Shown here piece after piece: positions 24,926 to 38,171 of a DNA stretch of 64,000 nt. This DNA is from Ptychomitrium polyphyllum. Lineage: Eukaryota. The position numbers were made by a program, and so were the translations under genes. Location of the stretch: the NCBI GenBank assembly GCA_973851085.1, contig OZ316776.1, forward strand, positions 1,488,001 through 1,552,000, written 5' to 3'. Under the pieces are notes generated by a model. The model saw nothing but the letters and a program-made list of their open reading frames with translations, had not been told where the DNA came from and did no database searches. How positions within the stretch are numbered: position 1 is the first letter of the stretch; each line of letters opens with the position of its first letter.

Positions 24926-27660
24926 TTGTGTCTGCACTCTTGTTGTACCGTTATCAATGCATATTTGATATTCAAATCAAGCAGTGGCATTATGTATAGA
25001 GGATTAGGGTTCTCTTAGCCAATTCGCCAATTCTGTATATGCATTTTTGTAGAAACCAAGATTCTTTGTAGATAAATCTAAAGGTACTGCTAGTGGTTAG
25101 CATTAAGGAACGTAAGCTGTGCCGATGTTCACTGTGACCTTGCAGTTTGACCTAGCAAATCATACGTGTTGTAATTTGATTCATGGCAGAGGTGGACAAG
25201 AGCATGATGGCATGTTCTGGTTCAATTTGGTTCTAGCATGCTGTGAGTGTTTAATGGAGGCAGATCATGTGTCACCTGGTTTTTGCCCTTACTTTTCTGT
25301 TTTCTACGTTTCTGTTTCGAACAACTGAACGGGCATTGTAGAGTTTAATTGCCTGATTGCAACTTGATGTTACATCTCCATTTTTTGAACATTAGATTCT
25401 TGTCTTTTGGATTTTTGAATGATACACGTTTTGCTAGTTACTTGTAGTTCCTCACTGTGAAGCCTTGGTTACAGTAGACATATGTACTCCGTAGATATGT
25501 GTCTGAACATTATTAGGTCTTTGTATACTCAAGCTTTTTGTCCACCCAAAGGCATGGAGTTTGTTTCTTGCTTTATTAAAAAATGCTTTTAAGTATGAAT
25601 CTACTTGAGTCAGGCAAAAATAGTTGAACCTCATTAGGTTAGAACCTCATTAGGTTAGAATTTATGTGTAAATCATAATTACAAATGCAGGGAAGAAAGA
25701 GGTGAATCACACTTTGACACACAAGATTAGAATAAGGTTCAATTTACATCCAAGTATGAAATACATTCTAAAGATAAATTTTAATGATTTCTAGATTAGT
25801 ACCATGATAGTACCATAAATAGATGATTTCAACATTTATTAGTTTAAATGCAATGATTTAAAAAGATTAAATATTCACTTTGGTTTTTAAAGATTATATA
25901 TTTGAATGCAATGGTCACTTTTGATTATGCCAACTATAATAGGAGTATGAAATATTTCTATAAAATAGTGACTTGCACATTGTGCTTGATTCCTAAGATC
26001 CAATTAATCCCTTTCAAATTAATGATTGCTTAAAATTTTCCATTGATAACAATTGAAAAATTAATTTCATTCCAAAAAAATCTTGATGAGAGTATCCTAT
26101 AAGCAAAGTTTACACTTGGGTCTACAATTAAACCTCCACTTTATCCTTATCAAAAAGTTGAGGCAAAGCTTCATCCAATTACATTGAGCCAGGCTCAATG
26201 TTCTGGTGCCACTCTTACGCCACACAGAATGAAGGGAAGTTCAAATTAAACCCCAATGTAAAGCTCATGAGCTTCATGTAGGAGATCCAAGCAACTCTAG
26301 TGGTGGAAAATTTATGGACTTTGATTCAAGCTCACAAATATGAGCTCCAATGCCAAACTGGGCTTTAGATTCAGGACCTGTTCTGGCCCTGCAAATTGTG
26401 CTTGAAAGTCCAGCCGCACTAACTCAACGACAAGACCGCGACACCCCTCGTAATTTCCTTTCATTTTCTCCTTTTCTTTACCCAAAACCGATGTGCACAA
26501 ATAAAAACAAAAAAGTAAAACGGAAAACCGATATCATCGACTAATGACGTACATGTGGAATAGTAAAATCTACGAAAATGAAAATAATTGGTCGGGGTTG
26601 GGGACAGTGACGGCTTTGCGCATAGAGACGGCAAGGGCTTGGGAAAGTAACCCCGCCACTTTCGCGTTTTATCTTTTATCTTTCCCGGGGGGTTCGTGCT
26701 TTCGTTGGGGTCGAGCTCTAGGGCAAGTTGTGTCCGTGGCGTCGCCTTCTTCAGAAGGTCTTCGTCACCGAGACGCCCATTGCGCCACTCATGACCATGG
26801 CATCGTGACTACCCGCACTTGGCCCTCCACAACTTACCGCACACGCTTCCTTTGATTTTCTATATTCGAGTACCGAGTTCTCCGAGGTGGTCATTTCGGA
26901 TGTCGACTCACTCGTTTTGGTGAGGTTTCGGATTCAACGTTCGCCTTGCGGACAATTGGATTCCGACGGGCCTCTGGCAGGGTGGGACGTTGCCGTGGCG
27001 GTGAGCCTTTGTGGAGGGGGTTTTGTGATGTGAGAATTGTGAGGGCGACGTTCTGAGGCGAGCCTCTGTTTGTGTTTGTGTAGTTACATTGTATCGTGGT
27101 TAGGGTTTCACTGATCTGCGTTTTGTGGAGTTTTGGAGTTGGCGGAGTTGATTCTTCCAGATGTTTTTTTCGGTGGAAGTGCAGTATCTAGAGTTCTAGT
27201 GTGCTGGCCTGCGCGGGCTATTTGGCGGGAAGTCGATTTTGTGAAGGGCTGCGTGTTTATACTTCTCTGGGGTTTGATGATCGCGTTGGCGAGCGGTATA
27301 AGGGATTGCAGCGGTGCCAATTTCGAGCGCTTGGTTCCCATACTTATCGGCCTCTATTCTTGCTTTTGCGGTTATTGCGACCGTAATCTGATGTTCCGAG
27401 AGAGTTTACATGTAGGGGGCGTACCTTAATTGGGGTCAATATCATTTCGTGGAAGATGTGGGTAGTATTGCCAGACTGTTGCTGGAGAGTTGATCTGTAT
27501 AGGATGTTATAGGATTGTAAGTCTGTAAGAAGATTTTGGGAAGGAGAGGCGAAGAGCTCATTTTTGGCTTAGGTCTGAGATTGGATTGAAGCTTGGACAG
27601 ATTTTCTGTCCTTCATCACTCCGTTGGGCATTTGGTTTGTTTGGAGGATTCCCATACAGG

Positions 27661-28968
27661 ATGAGTACGCAGGAAGTTCAGACGTGCGGGAAACCTCTGG
27701 ATACTCTGATTGAGAGGGTGTTATGCCAGAACATTTTGTCGTCGGATTATTTCAAAGAGCTCTTTGCTTTGAAGACATATACTGAGGTTGTAGACGAGAT
27801 TTATAATCAAGTGGATCATGTGGAGCCATGGATGACTGGGAATTGCCGGGGTCCATCGACTGCGTTTTGTTTGCTCTACAAGCTCTTTACGATGAAATTC
27901 ACTGTAAAGCAGATGCAAGATTTGCTGGACCATGGAGATTCTCCATACATCCGAGCTCTAGGGTTTCTTTACCTAAGATACGTTGGAGATCCGAAGACTC
28001 TGTGGGAGTGGTTTGAACCATATGTGGAGGATCCAGAGGAGTTTTCTCCAGGATCTAACGGGAAAATGACAACAATGGGTGTATACGTTCGGGACATAAT
28101 TTTAAATCAGTACTACTTTGACACCCTTTTCCCTCGCATACCTGTCCCTATTCTGCGACAAATTACTGCATGTTTTGAACGCATGAAGCTTCCAACACAA
28201 CCTTCCGGGGTTACTGGGAACAGTACTCGGCATGGTGCAGATGATACAGCTCGAAGACCGCCCTCCGTGAAGGCAGCCCTGTCCGTATCTTTTGGACAGC
28301 GAGCCCCTCACCGGGCATTCACTCGAGATTCCTCCCCTGTTCGTCGAATTGCCCCCGTTAGGGAGCCTGCGGTTGTAGACAGTGATAAAGACAAGGACAA
28401 GGATAGGGATTTTGGTCGAGACAAAGGCAGAAACTCTCGAGACAGGGAAAGGCGTGATAGTGAAGCTCGGGATCGTAGCCGCGAGGGCGAGCAGAAGGAT
28501 AGGGCCAGAGAAAGAGACAGAGAAAAGAGCAGGGATTACGATCGTGAAGGAAGTCGTGGAAGGGCTCGGGATGACAGGGACAGAGACAATGGCAGGGAGT
28601 ATTCTAGATATAGGGATGTGGACAGACATCGAGATAGTGAACGCGACAGAGGAAGGGATAGAGATCGAGGATGGGAACGGGAGGATGACAGGTCTAAAGA
28701 CAGAAGGAGAGACCGGAGTCCTGAAAGAAGATATAATGGTGACAGGCGTCGTAGTCGCAGTCCTGCGCATCACAGTAGAGGTGCCGATCGCGATAGATCT
28801 AGAAGTCCCGCAAGAGCTGCTCCAGCATCAAGTAACCTGAAGAAATTGCTGGATGTCTACGGAGATGCCAGCCACACAAAGAGTGAGAATGCTACTAACA
28901 GTGGTTTCAATTCAAACGCGTCAGTTGATGATGATGTAATTCATCTTGGTAGCGCAAGATGGAGGTAG
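27661..28968 (+). CDS. Pre-mRNA splicing factor PRP38B / SRL1-like
   Basis: Uninterrupted CDS after a 5'UTR acceptor at 27659. PRP38 domain (NILSSDYFKEL...VEPWMTGNCRGPSTAFCLLYK...SPYIRALGFLYLRY...YYFDTLFPRIP) followed by an RD/RS-rich tail. Confidence 0.93.
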   Translation: MSTQEVQTCGKPLDTLIERVLCQNILSSDYFKELFALKTYTEVVDEIYNQVDHVEPWMTGNCRGPSTAFCLLYKLFTMKFTVKQMQDLLDHGDSPYIRALGFLYLRYVGDPKTLWEWFEPYVEDPEEFSPGSNGKMTTMGVYVRDIILNQYYFDTLFPRIPVPILRQITACFERMKLPTQPSGVTGNSTRHGADDTARRPPSVKAALSVSFGQRAPHRAFTRDSSPVRRIAPVREPAVVDSDKDKDKDRDFGRDKGRNSRDRERRDSEARDRSREGEQKDRARERDREKSRDYDREGSRGRARDDRDRDNGREYSRYRDVDRHRDSERDRGRDRDRGWEREDDRSKDRRRDRSPERRYNGDRRRSRSPAHHSRGADRDRSRSPARAAPASSNLKKLLDVYGDASHTKSENATNSGFNSNASVDDDVIHLGSARWR

Positions 28969-31900
28969 TGAGGGTCTTGAAGATTGCCAAAGTGTGGACC
29001 TTGATTGCAGAGTTTCTTAGATGGAGAAAAGAACTCATGCTGACAAGTTTTTAGGTCCCTCCAGCTCTTAGCAGTGCCACGGATTGGAAGTTTCCGGTGG
29101 TCCGTTGTTCTTGCCTTCTCATTTAAGACTGTCGATTGCAATTTTTACAATGGTTTCATGAATAATGGACATACAATGTTGGTATCCTGTATCGTCCAAC
29201 AGCCCAGCTGGTCAGATCCGTTTTGGCCCTTTCCGCCTGTTTCAGATGCTGAGCTCAAGATTGTCGGTAGCTGCAGATAGTATAATTTTCATAGTGGATG
29301 AAGCATTGACGGTCTGGTGTTTTGGTTTCAAGTACCATCAGCATCATTGGTGTGGTGAGTGTTTTTTTTGCAACATTCTTCTTTGTATTTGTTTGATGTG
29401 ATTGTCAGTGGCCCGTTTGTGTGGTGTTAAGGGCTGGCATGACGAGTAACCTCCTGATTGTGTTTTAATGGGGATTTATGGACGTTGAGATAGGAGTGCT
29501 TGGTTGTCCTAACGATTTTCATCGGAACTAATGCAAGTTTCATTGTTCTTGTTTCATTTGGTCTATTCCACAACAAACTCTGGATGAGTTTATCGAGCTT
29601 TGGTTCTACTGGAGGCAAGTAGGACCTTATCCAATGACTTAAGTCTACTATAATGAGAGGTTTATCCTGGTAGATTCTTGTATATGTTGACTATAGTGGT
29701 GGCTTCAATTACCATAGGTGTTGATGGTAAGTCATTCTATGCAGCTGGTTTTGTGACACTAATTACCTGAAGTTTCCACTATGCCTCTAGTGAAGAGACG
29801 CCTCCAGGGGTCGTATCAATTCCATTATCAACTTGTCATGGACGGTTGTCTTTCATGGAGCAACTGGAGCATCCATGCAAACCTGACCTATGTCATGATG
29901 CACTTACATTGGTACAATGGATGGCTATCAGTTGTCTATGATACCAACGGGGCTGTCTTTAACGCTGGTAACAAAGTTTGATTTTCTTGTCATCTTACTA
30001 GTTTAAATTTTGTTTTTTTGAGCAAGTTACTGACATAGTTTGCATATTTTTACTTTTTACCAGTAGAAGGTTTAGAGAGTAACAGCATCTAGAGTGTTAA
30101 TTTTGTGAGTTTTGTGTAGTGGTTGGAGCTCTTACGGGAATCAGAGTGCCTTCCTGAGATGTTATTGTATGTGCGTTTTATTTTTACTTTTGTCTTCACT
30201 TGGATGGTGAAGATGCTGGTCCAGTGGTTTAGTTAATCGTATCCTGGTATGTGTGCTTCTGTCAGTTGCATCAATAACGAAACGTGTTCACTTCATTGCT
30301 GGGCAGATTAGCCAGGGAGTTATAGCAAGTACATATTTTATTTTCCAGGCCCAGATACTCTTGTTTTTCTGCATCAGCGGCTTCACATATCTTCACAGCG
30401 TGTGATTCAATTTGATCAGTTCGATGAAAAAGCCAAAGGGCTGTTAGTTGAGAATATTATTGCATTTGGCACTAGATTCTGCAATCTTCACTTGTAACAC
30501 TTCGCTTTATGTTTAAGGTAATATGAATACATGTTGTATACTCGATTTAAGCATGATGAAAATAGCGGATCTAAACATGTCAATCTCTAGAGCTCAATAT
30601 CCGTGAGCTGTGCGACTTGCCTCTGTTCTCTGAGCAAACAAAGTCTTCATACCCTAAGTATCGTGAAGTTCACGGATGAGCCTTTGTGTGAGTTTTGGTT
30701 ATGGTGGAAGTAGTGGCATGGATGTTGCACAGGATAGAACGCCAACCATCATGATTTCTAGAATGGGGTACGTGACCAGGCTTGGTACAGGGAGCTGGCT
30801 TTGAGGAACATGTTTCATGATGAAACCTGTTTTTAAAACGCGACAGTGAATTTGTGTGAGATACAAGGTAATAATTATTGTTTGGCTGAAGACGTGGATT
30901 GTTACAATTGTGCTTGAATTTTTGATGATATTTAAGAACATATTGTTTGAAATAGTAAGTGCCTTCTGCATTTGATCCAAGCCTATCAGGTTTTGAGGAG
31001 GCTGCGCTTGAGCATTTCCTAGATTCCTAATGCCCTGAACGTGCCAACAGGTCCTATCAGCACTGTAGGATTATTATTGATGCATTTAGGTAAAGCCACC
31101 TAAATCTATTTGGCATCCTTGTTCACCATTATATAAGAACCAACTGTTGTTTTTTTCCAACTAAGTTATAGAAATTTTGTACCGAAGTTAAAATTTTCAT
31201 TCTGACCTTAACAAATATTTTTAGAAAGTAAGCCTACATATTAAAAGCAAATTAGTTTCATTTTTCTAACATTTGATGCACTGCAACCTTAATTCTCTAT
31301 ACAGAAGTTGAAATCTATTTGCCGTAATCAATTAATGGATTTCAAATTATAGTTGTGTTAGAAACAATTCAAAATCCATACGAAGGCAGCTTGTCGTGTA
31401 AAAGTTAAACATACACCTTACTCTTGAGATATTTTTGCAATGACTTAATTGTCTTCTTGATTGCTGTTTTGGCGCTTCAAGTCTTTTTGTAATAGAAGAT
31501 CCCCATATGAGATTTTTCTCCATTTTTTCCTTCTGATGTCCCTCCTTAGAGCTTCAAGTAGAATCATCAAATTGCTCCCTCCAAGTACATAAACATGACT
31601 AATGACATCGAACAATTTTTTACTTCCATATTTGAGTTATTTGATTGTCGTGTTAGGAAATAGCTTGTTGTTGTCTTTGTCTGCTCGAGTATAAACAATA
31701 GTTACCATGATAATAAGGGACATCTGCTTGCACGTCTATTATATGACTCATATATTTGTGTCAGAGGCCTATACGTGGTTGTTTCCGCATGACTGCTCAT
31801 TCGCATACATTCATGGATATGACGGTACTACTCAACCGTTTCCTCTGAGATGATGGGTAGCACAGTATAGATCTGGTGAAGGGGCCACCAGTTATTTTCC

Positions 31901-32249
31901 ACCGCCCTGTTCCATGTGTATCTTCGTTGGGTTACGGATTGCGAGTTTGGACATGCCGAGGTTATATCTCGTAGCAAACAGCTCTCCATCTCAAACCTAT
32001 TTCCCTTGATTACCTGAGTGAGATCTGTTCTGTGACTGTTGTTGAGGCACGATTTTGTAGACTGACCAATGGTTTATGGTCCGATTGTAGACTGACCAAT
32101 TGCTGCTCACTACTGAAAACAATCCAAGTGTTTAGCCAGGGTTATATTGCACTGAAGACTAACCTTTGGAGCCGTATTCTTTCTGCAGACGACAAGATCA
32201 GCTCTCACAATGTATCATTTTTGAGCCTTTAGGGCCATAATGCTCCAAA

Positions 32250-33760
32250 CTAACTTACAATATGTACTTGGCGGTGCAGCGTTTTGTACATTTATATGAT
32301 AGTAATTTATATTCCGAATACCAATGGAGATTTCAGAAGGTCGTGCAGATTAGCATCTACAATATGGCGTTATTATGCGGTGTTGTTCAACTCAAATTGG
32401 TGTTAAGATCGTAAGTTTGTGGATTTTTTGCATAGGTACCGCTCTTCTCTGAATCAAGATTGAACATGGTAAAGCTTGCTCCGATCTGTAAATATGTGAT
32501 CTGGTGAAACGTATTGCCTGGTGAAGACTACGCCCGGAAGTTTAAGGAATATTATATTGTACGTGGATAGGTCCACCGCGGGGCCGAGAGACTAGTATAG
32601 TATGCGTTACGTTCAGGACTGTGATGGAATTTTGGAGGATGTTGATTCTCGATGTGATGACATAATGGTGATTGATTATCAGCGTCACTTGAAGGGGAGA
32701 AGGCACTGGACAAAAATAGTCATTTATAATATGCATCTCTCTGGAGGAAGCTGAGCTGGTTTGTGCCGGTTCAGGTATGAGATTGCGAGATCAGGATGGG
32801 TACACCTTTCCAAAGCATAACCATTAATTTTGAAGAAATAATCTTACATTAATTCTGAGGGTAGTTCTGAACGGACCACTTGAGAATAAAGTCAGTCTGA
32901 GACAAAAATGAAAACTAGAGTGCAATAAAAATTAAGATGCGATGGGGAAATTTGGTAAGAAACCTATCTCGAATACTGGTCCTAGCAAATCTGTTTCTGA
33001 CATAAGTGATGATGAGGTATCGGATGTTTCTCCACCGTCTCCAACGGCCTGTGCACTCTTCTTCCTATTGCTCATGTTCGTCAAAATCGCAAGCGACATT
33101 GACAACAGCACGAGTGGAGCATCCAACGAAGATTAAAATTTAGCACCAGAGTACTCCGGTTGATGTGCCCAAATGCTTGTAAGATTCTGTTCAGGGATCT
33201 CGAGCTTAAAATTTGTTTTCATTATCGGAAAAGCACTTCAGTTTATGGCCACTACGGGGTACATTAGACTCGTTGCCGACGTTTCGAATCAAGTGCACTA
33301 CTCTATTTGGAGAAGGAAGCTGAAGCTATCCACGCTTGATGTGGACAAGGGAAATTTTGAAAGAACTGCTGCAGAGGTAGATATGCAACTTCTGCAAGGA
33401 TCATGATTGTAGTAGCTTTGATTACTATTTTGAAGGTGAGTCGATCGATACATGACAGGATTATTCCTACTGTCAATTAACTGAACTAGAGATGCTTGTG
33501 CTTACTGGAGCTTTGCAAGCATGCTTGATTGATTTCTTTGAATTGATCAACCTAAACTCTTTAGTCCTCATGGACCTGCAAAACAAAAGAAGAGTCCCGG
33601 CATAACAAGCTTAAATCAGAGGATGATTTCTCAGTTAATAGCCTAAGTTCTACATGTCCTATGAAAGGGGTTGGTGATCCACAGTGGTCCCTATACATCA
33701 TGTTCCAAATTTTACAGCTTTTTGTTGTAGGTCGTTTGCCTTTGCGTGTCGCCAAAGAAG
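32250..33760 (-). pseudogene. Probable decayed kinesin-5 (BimC/KRP125) stalk-tail fragment
   Basis: Minus-strand fragments are collinear with the plant kinesin-5 tail as I recall it: STRAVVNVACDFDEHEQ, SAQAVGDGGETSDTSSSL, HIINDY and SRPRGGPIHV (cf. BimC box STPRKRPINV). Stops and frameshifts throughout, no motor domain. Confidence 0.4.
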
Positions 33761-36214
33761 AAGCAGCACCGTGCTAGAGAAGTCAGGCCAGAGATAGCCT
33801 GGATTCTCAAAGAATCATCATCAATGACTAGGGAAGGAAACAAGGCATATCCAGCAGTTTGGAGCAAAAGGAGTCTGTAAATCAAAGTAGAACCTTTTGG
33901 TATTATCAGAACAATCCATTGCTATGACATCATGCATGTAGGTGGTAAAGGAGATGGATAAGGTTTCAAAATGCGGATAGGTTTTGTATGCGGGTAATCA
34001 CAAGCTTCCATACTCACATTAATAAAAGAAAAGCGATGAGATAATTGCTAGAGGTGATCCTACTCACCAAGTAAAGTATCTACCCTTGTCAACTGGATAA
34101 GTAAGGAGTCGTAACGCTTGCTCAAGAAATCCAGACAAGAAATCAAAGGTTTACCGGGACATAGTACTGCAACCAGAAAATTACACAAGGTCATCCTCCC
34201 CGAACCAGGCCGTTTCCGAACCAAGAACAGAACCAGAAACTCATTAGGCCGGGATCTCACCTCCCCAAAGACAAAAGCACCCAGCACACTCGTTTCCCTC
34301 AAATCCCACCTCGCACAATCATTGACGTGTCCTTCAGATGTGCTTACAGGCGCAATTCTCGAGCTCGCATGCAACACAGCAAATGGTACAGAAGGACACA
34401 AAACTCTGACACCATGTGTCAAGTTTTCGAAGCTCACAAGACTCGAGGGGCCTTGAGCAAACGTTTCTCATCCATTCATGATTGCCATAGCCTAGCAATG
34501 TCCTCGGTTATTTCGAACAACGCTCATGCAAGGTTGCTTGGATGGAGATTGCACCGGATCTTCAAGCTTCAACACCCGCCGATCCGAATACAACGGCGAC
34601 GTACCAGCAGAGCGGCAATGCCGTCAGGTGAAATCAATTTCCAACTCTTGCTCAGCATCTCTGTCTCTATTTCACGCATTCTCGAACAAGAATCCTGGGC
34701 TCCGCATTCACTCCTTGAAGAATGTTACAGTGTTCCATGTTGCGGCGCGCCGTACAGCTATATACAGTGATTCGATCGACTTTAATACAGTAGTCTGCTT
34801 GAAGGATGAATGAGGCGGCTAGTGAGACTCTTAGTGGGAGATGAGACAAGCAAAACATTTCGGCGCCAGACATGGAAGTAGTTTTTAAGGTCGTGGACAA
34901 AGCCCTTGAAGAAGATGGGAAAATATTAAAAAACCTCAAGATGAAGAAAACCTTTGTCAATGGACTAACTCGTGGGTTGCCTTTCCAAAAAATTTACCGA
35001 GAAAAGACTTTCTGAAATAATTATTGCCACGTATGTATCCAACTCACTTTTTATTTCAACATTTTCATACCTTTGGTAATTGATCGAGTAACAGAACAAT
35101 TCAAAACTTGTGTTGGACCATTATTGGAGTAGTAACCACCGTATTTCCAAAAGAAAATGACTACTGAACAGCTCACTTCGATTTTAACCTACAGCTGCGG
35201 ATTCATGATTTGGTGTGTTCGTTCATCGCAACTTTGAGAGTATCGGAACTTATCATCTGACTTCTGTGACATTGTTCAATATTTTCATTCTTGGGAAGGA
35301 CGTCTAGCCTTGCAGCAGAGACAAAAAAACAGATCCGTTCTGACCTGAAAAATCGGCGAAGTTACTTGGTCTCATTCAGCTGTCAACTTTTAATTTGTTG
35401 TTCACAGCATGCAAAATGCCTGGTTGTGCCGGGAATCCTGAATGACGTACTTGTGTGACTAAACACATCCATTGGCTGGACAGCGTCAGCATCTATTAGG
35501 CACGAATTGACGTCACCCGACATGTGAATGATTCGTGATGTATGTGATCTTACACAGTTTGGATTTAATTAGCCCATAGATTTGCAACAACAATATATTC
35601 CCCTCTATACGTTTGTGGGAATCAGTGACAGCAATCACGTCATGTACTTAGATTTCCATCGCCAAGCATATATTCTCTCTGTCCTGGACGCGTCATGATG
35701 TTGAATGTACCTCTCAACTTCTATCCACTTTACTTCATTAGGAAATGAGGGACGGCATGTGATCTTAAAAGCACCTTACAAATCTGCTAATTTAAATGAC
35801 CCCGAACTGACAATGAGTTGGATGTTTTTAAATATAAATTTTACAGTGCACTTCAATTCTTAATCCTCTGTAACCGAAGCTTGGCTTTGACAAGCATCCG
35901 TGATTTCTTGCGAGTTCGAACTTGACTCTAAAAGTGTTAATTTCCTGCCGAGCATCAAAGACTCATAAGGTGCGTTAGATAAAGGATACAAGTGCCGCTC
36001 CATTGTTTCTGTGTCGTTTGAGCAGCTAGGCCAATAACCGATCGCCTTTCGACATACATGAGAACTCTTTCAAATCTGTGATTTAAGTTTTGCTCAGAGT
36101 ACGGTTGTAGCTCATTTCAATTCAGGGTACAGTATTACTGCACGAGAGTGGAGTGTGGAGTGCGTCGCTATAGGCTGTAAGGGCTCTAGTAGGCAAAGCG
36201 ATTGCTCATGCACG

Positions 36215-36526
36215 ATGGACCTTGTATTTTTCTTAACCTTTTTGGGACCAGTATGCCTGTTTTTGTTCATTATAATATTTAGCGTTTGCTTCATAAAATG
36301 CAGACGATGGCTCCAGTATGGGCAGGACACAGACGAAACTGAGAATCCTACAATCGTTCAGCTTCATATCCGAAAGAATTCGCAACAATCTGAATCGCAG
36401 ACTGGGAGTTATCAAGAAGGCATGGATAGAACTTCGCAGGATTCCAGAACTTCGACATTAATGCCTACCGATGAACAAACTCGAGGAGCGGGTACTCAGC
36501 CTATCCTCGTTTCAGGGACCATGTAA
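36215..36526 (+). CDS. Unknown 103-aa single-pass membrane protein (N-terminal TM, juxtamembrane Cys, polar tail)
   Basis: MDLVFFLTFLGPVCLFLFIIIFSVCFIKCRRWLQYGQDTDETENPTIVQ... The ATG is in good context (ACGATGG) and a similar ORF lies on the opposite strand. Confidence 0.6.
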   Translation: MDLVFFLTFLGPVCLFLFIIIFSVCFIKCRRWLQYGQDTDETENPTIVQLHIRKNSQQSESQTGSYQEGMDRTSQDSRTSTLMPTDEQTRGAGTQPILVSGTM

Positions 36527-37776
36527 GAGGGAGATAGCAACAAACTTTTATCGAAATTTTGTTAGCTCATTAGAAATCTTTATGGCTGGGTAATTTACTT
36601 GTAGCCATTGATCCGTATTTTGAAGCTGTTTTACTGCAGGCTAATTTGACTGATGAAATTCACGATGCCAAGAATTTTGACTAGATGTCAACAATTTCGG
36701 TTTTGCAATGTCGAAGACATATATAGAGTGCTTTGTATGTAGACTGGATCACGAAAGCTGTGTAGATTCCTAGGGTTTAGGGTCAACTGTTTAGGCGGGA
36801 TCTACGGCGACATTACCAAGCTTGCTGGATGTCAATAAGCGTCAGTCCTCCGACGCATTCTGTGAAATTACTGTTCCATTGAAAATAGTTTGGAGTGTCG
36901 TTATGCAATCAGGACCATGTTTTACTCGACGCACTTTGCTTAAAGGACGTTCCTTGTGCATAATAAACCCCACAATATAATGCAAGTACAGCTTTTAGTT
37001 CCAGACACTCTTCAATGTAGCGAAAGCGCCGACAGCCATGAATGACACAGATTATAACAATACGATTGCCGTTTAGGCAGCGTTAAAATCGTACCAAACG
37101 CTTGTCCTCTCGTCCGTGTTGTGATGGTTTCGATCACGTTATTGACCTTGTACGCCTAGGTCGGAAACACCTGAAGACTTAAGTGTTACTAGATCCAAAA
37201 CACCTGAAATGTCAAGTGCTTATATGACCCTATGTAGTATCCTAACAAGTGAGTACATGGACATACACAAGATTCAACATGCAGTCTACACGGCAGAGAC
37301 AGAGCAGAGCCATTCAAAAAAATTACCTTCAAGGCGTGACATTCGAAGGGTTTAAAAAGTCAAAGACGCGCTTGCACGCGTAGAGATGTGACTATACATT
37401 CTCTAAACGTATATTGAAGTAAGTTTCTGAAAACTGCTGTGTACATTTCTTGCTGATCATGTAATACCTCAGTGTAAAACCTCTCTGCTAGATGAGGAGT
37501 AAAAGATTTCTCGTAACGCCAACTTTGCTACACTGCAGAAACTACATTGCTACATTCTCCTTCGGCCTTTGCTGAATTACAAACGGTCGCCTAGCACCAA
37601 GTCTTCCTCGTCCTCTCGGGCAAGGATCGTGGAAGCCTCAACGATCTGCAAGGAGAATGAGTAATGAGCGCCCCCGGTCGATGCGAGGTAACTCCCCAGT
37701 CGTCGTCTCCTTTGCGAAAATCGCCAATCCAACGACTCCATCCAGTCGAGACTTCGAAGCCAGAGCTCGTCTGCAA

Positions 37777-38091
37777 TCACGCACAGAAAGACTTCCGGGT
37801 GCCACCTTTACCCGAATCTCCTATCAAAATAGAATCCGACTCCGACTCGGCGTCCCTCAAGTTTCCAGGCTCAGGATCGGCAGGTACTTTATCTGCCTCA
37901 TTACTGCCTTTCTTCGCCGGATCAGTAGTTGTCTGCACAATCCTCGGCCCTGTATCGGACTCGGAATCGTCCTTTTTCAAAGACCACAAGAAAATTTTGT
38001 GCTTGCAGATGCACAGACAACCGAACAGAAAAGCCGCTGCAAATGGTACTATGATGATTAACGCCCGCAGCTCAAACTCCGAAGAACTCAT
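37777..38091 (-). CDS. Unknown 104-aa single-pass membrane protein, probable paralog of 36215-36526
   Basis: MSSSEFELRALIIIVPFAAAFLFGCLCICKHKIFLWSLKKDDSESDTGPRIVQ... ATG context is ACCATG, with a putative 82-nt 5'UTR intron at 38188-38107 (GTGAGT...TAG). Confidence 0.65.
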   Translation of the reverse strand: MSSSEFELRALIIIVPFAAAFLFGCLCICKHKIFLWSLKKDDSESDTGPRIVQTTTDPAKKGSNEADKVPADPEPGNLRDAESESDSILIGDSGKGGTRKSFCA

Positions 38092-38134
38092 GGTGAACCA
38101 CCTCACCTACACTCCGCCGTCAGGCAGCACAACT

Positions 38135-38171
38135 GCAACGCAACGCAACGCAACGCAACGCAACGCAACGC
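38135..38171 (+). repeat. (GCAAC)7 microsatellite inside the putative 5'UTR intron
   Basis: Read directly. Confidence 0.9.

Noticed and set aside
25625..25660. Short tandem duplication GAACCTCATTAGGTTA (similar case at 32055-32100)
   Set aside because: Ordinary slippage duplications with no sign of function.
28102..28773. 223-aa minus-strand ORF
   Set aside because: Antisense of the RD/RS-rich PRP38B tail.
34060..34960. Cluster of overlapping 95-147-aa ORFs
   Set aside because: No recognisable domain or consistent exon structure.
36771..36783. TAGGGTTTAGGG as an interstitial telomere
   Set aside because: Under two units. Telo-box-like motifs are scattered throughout the window.
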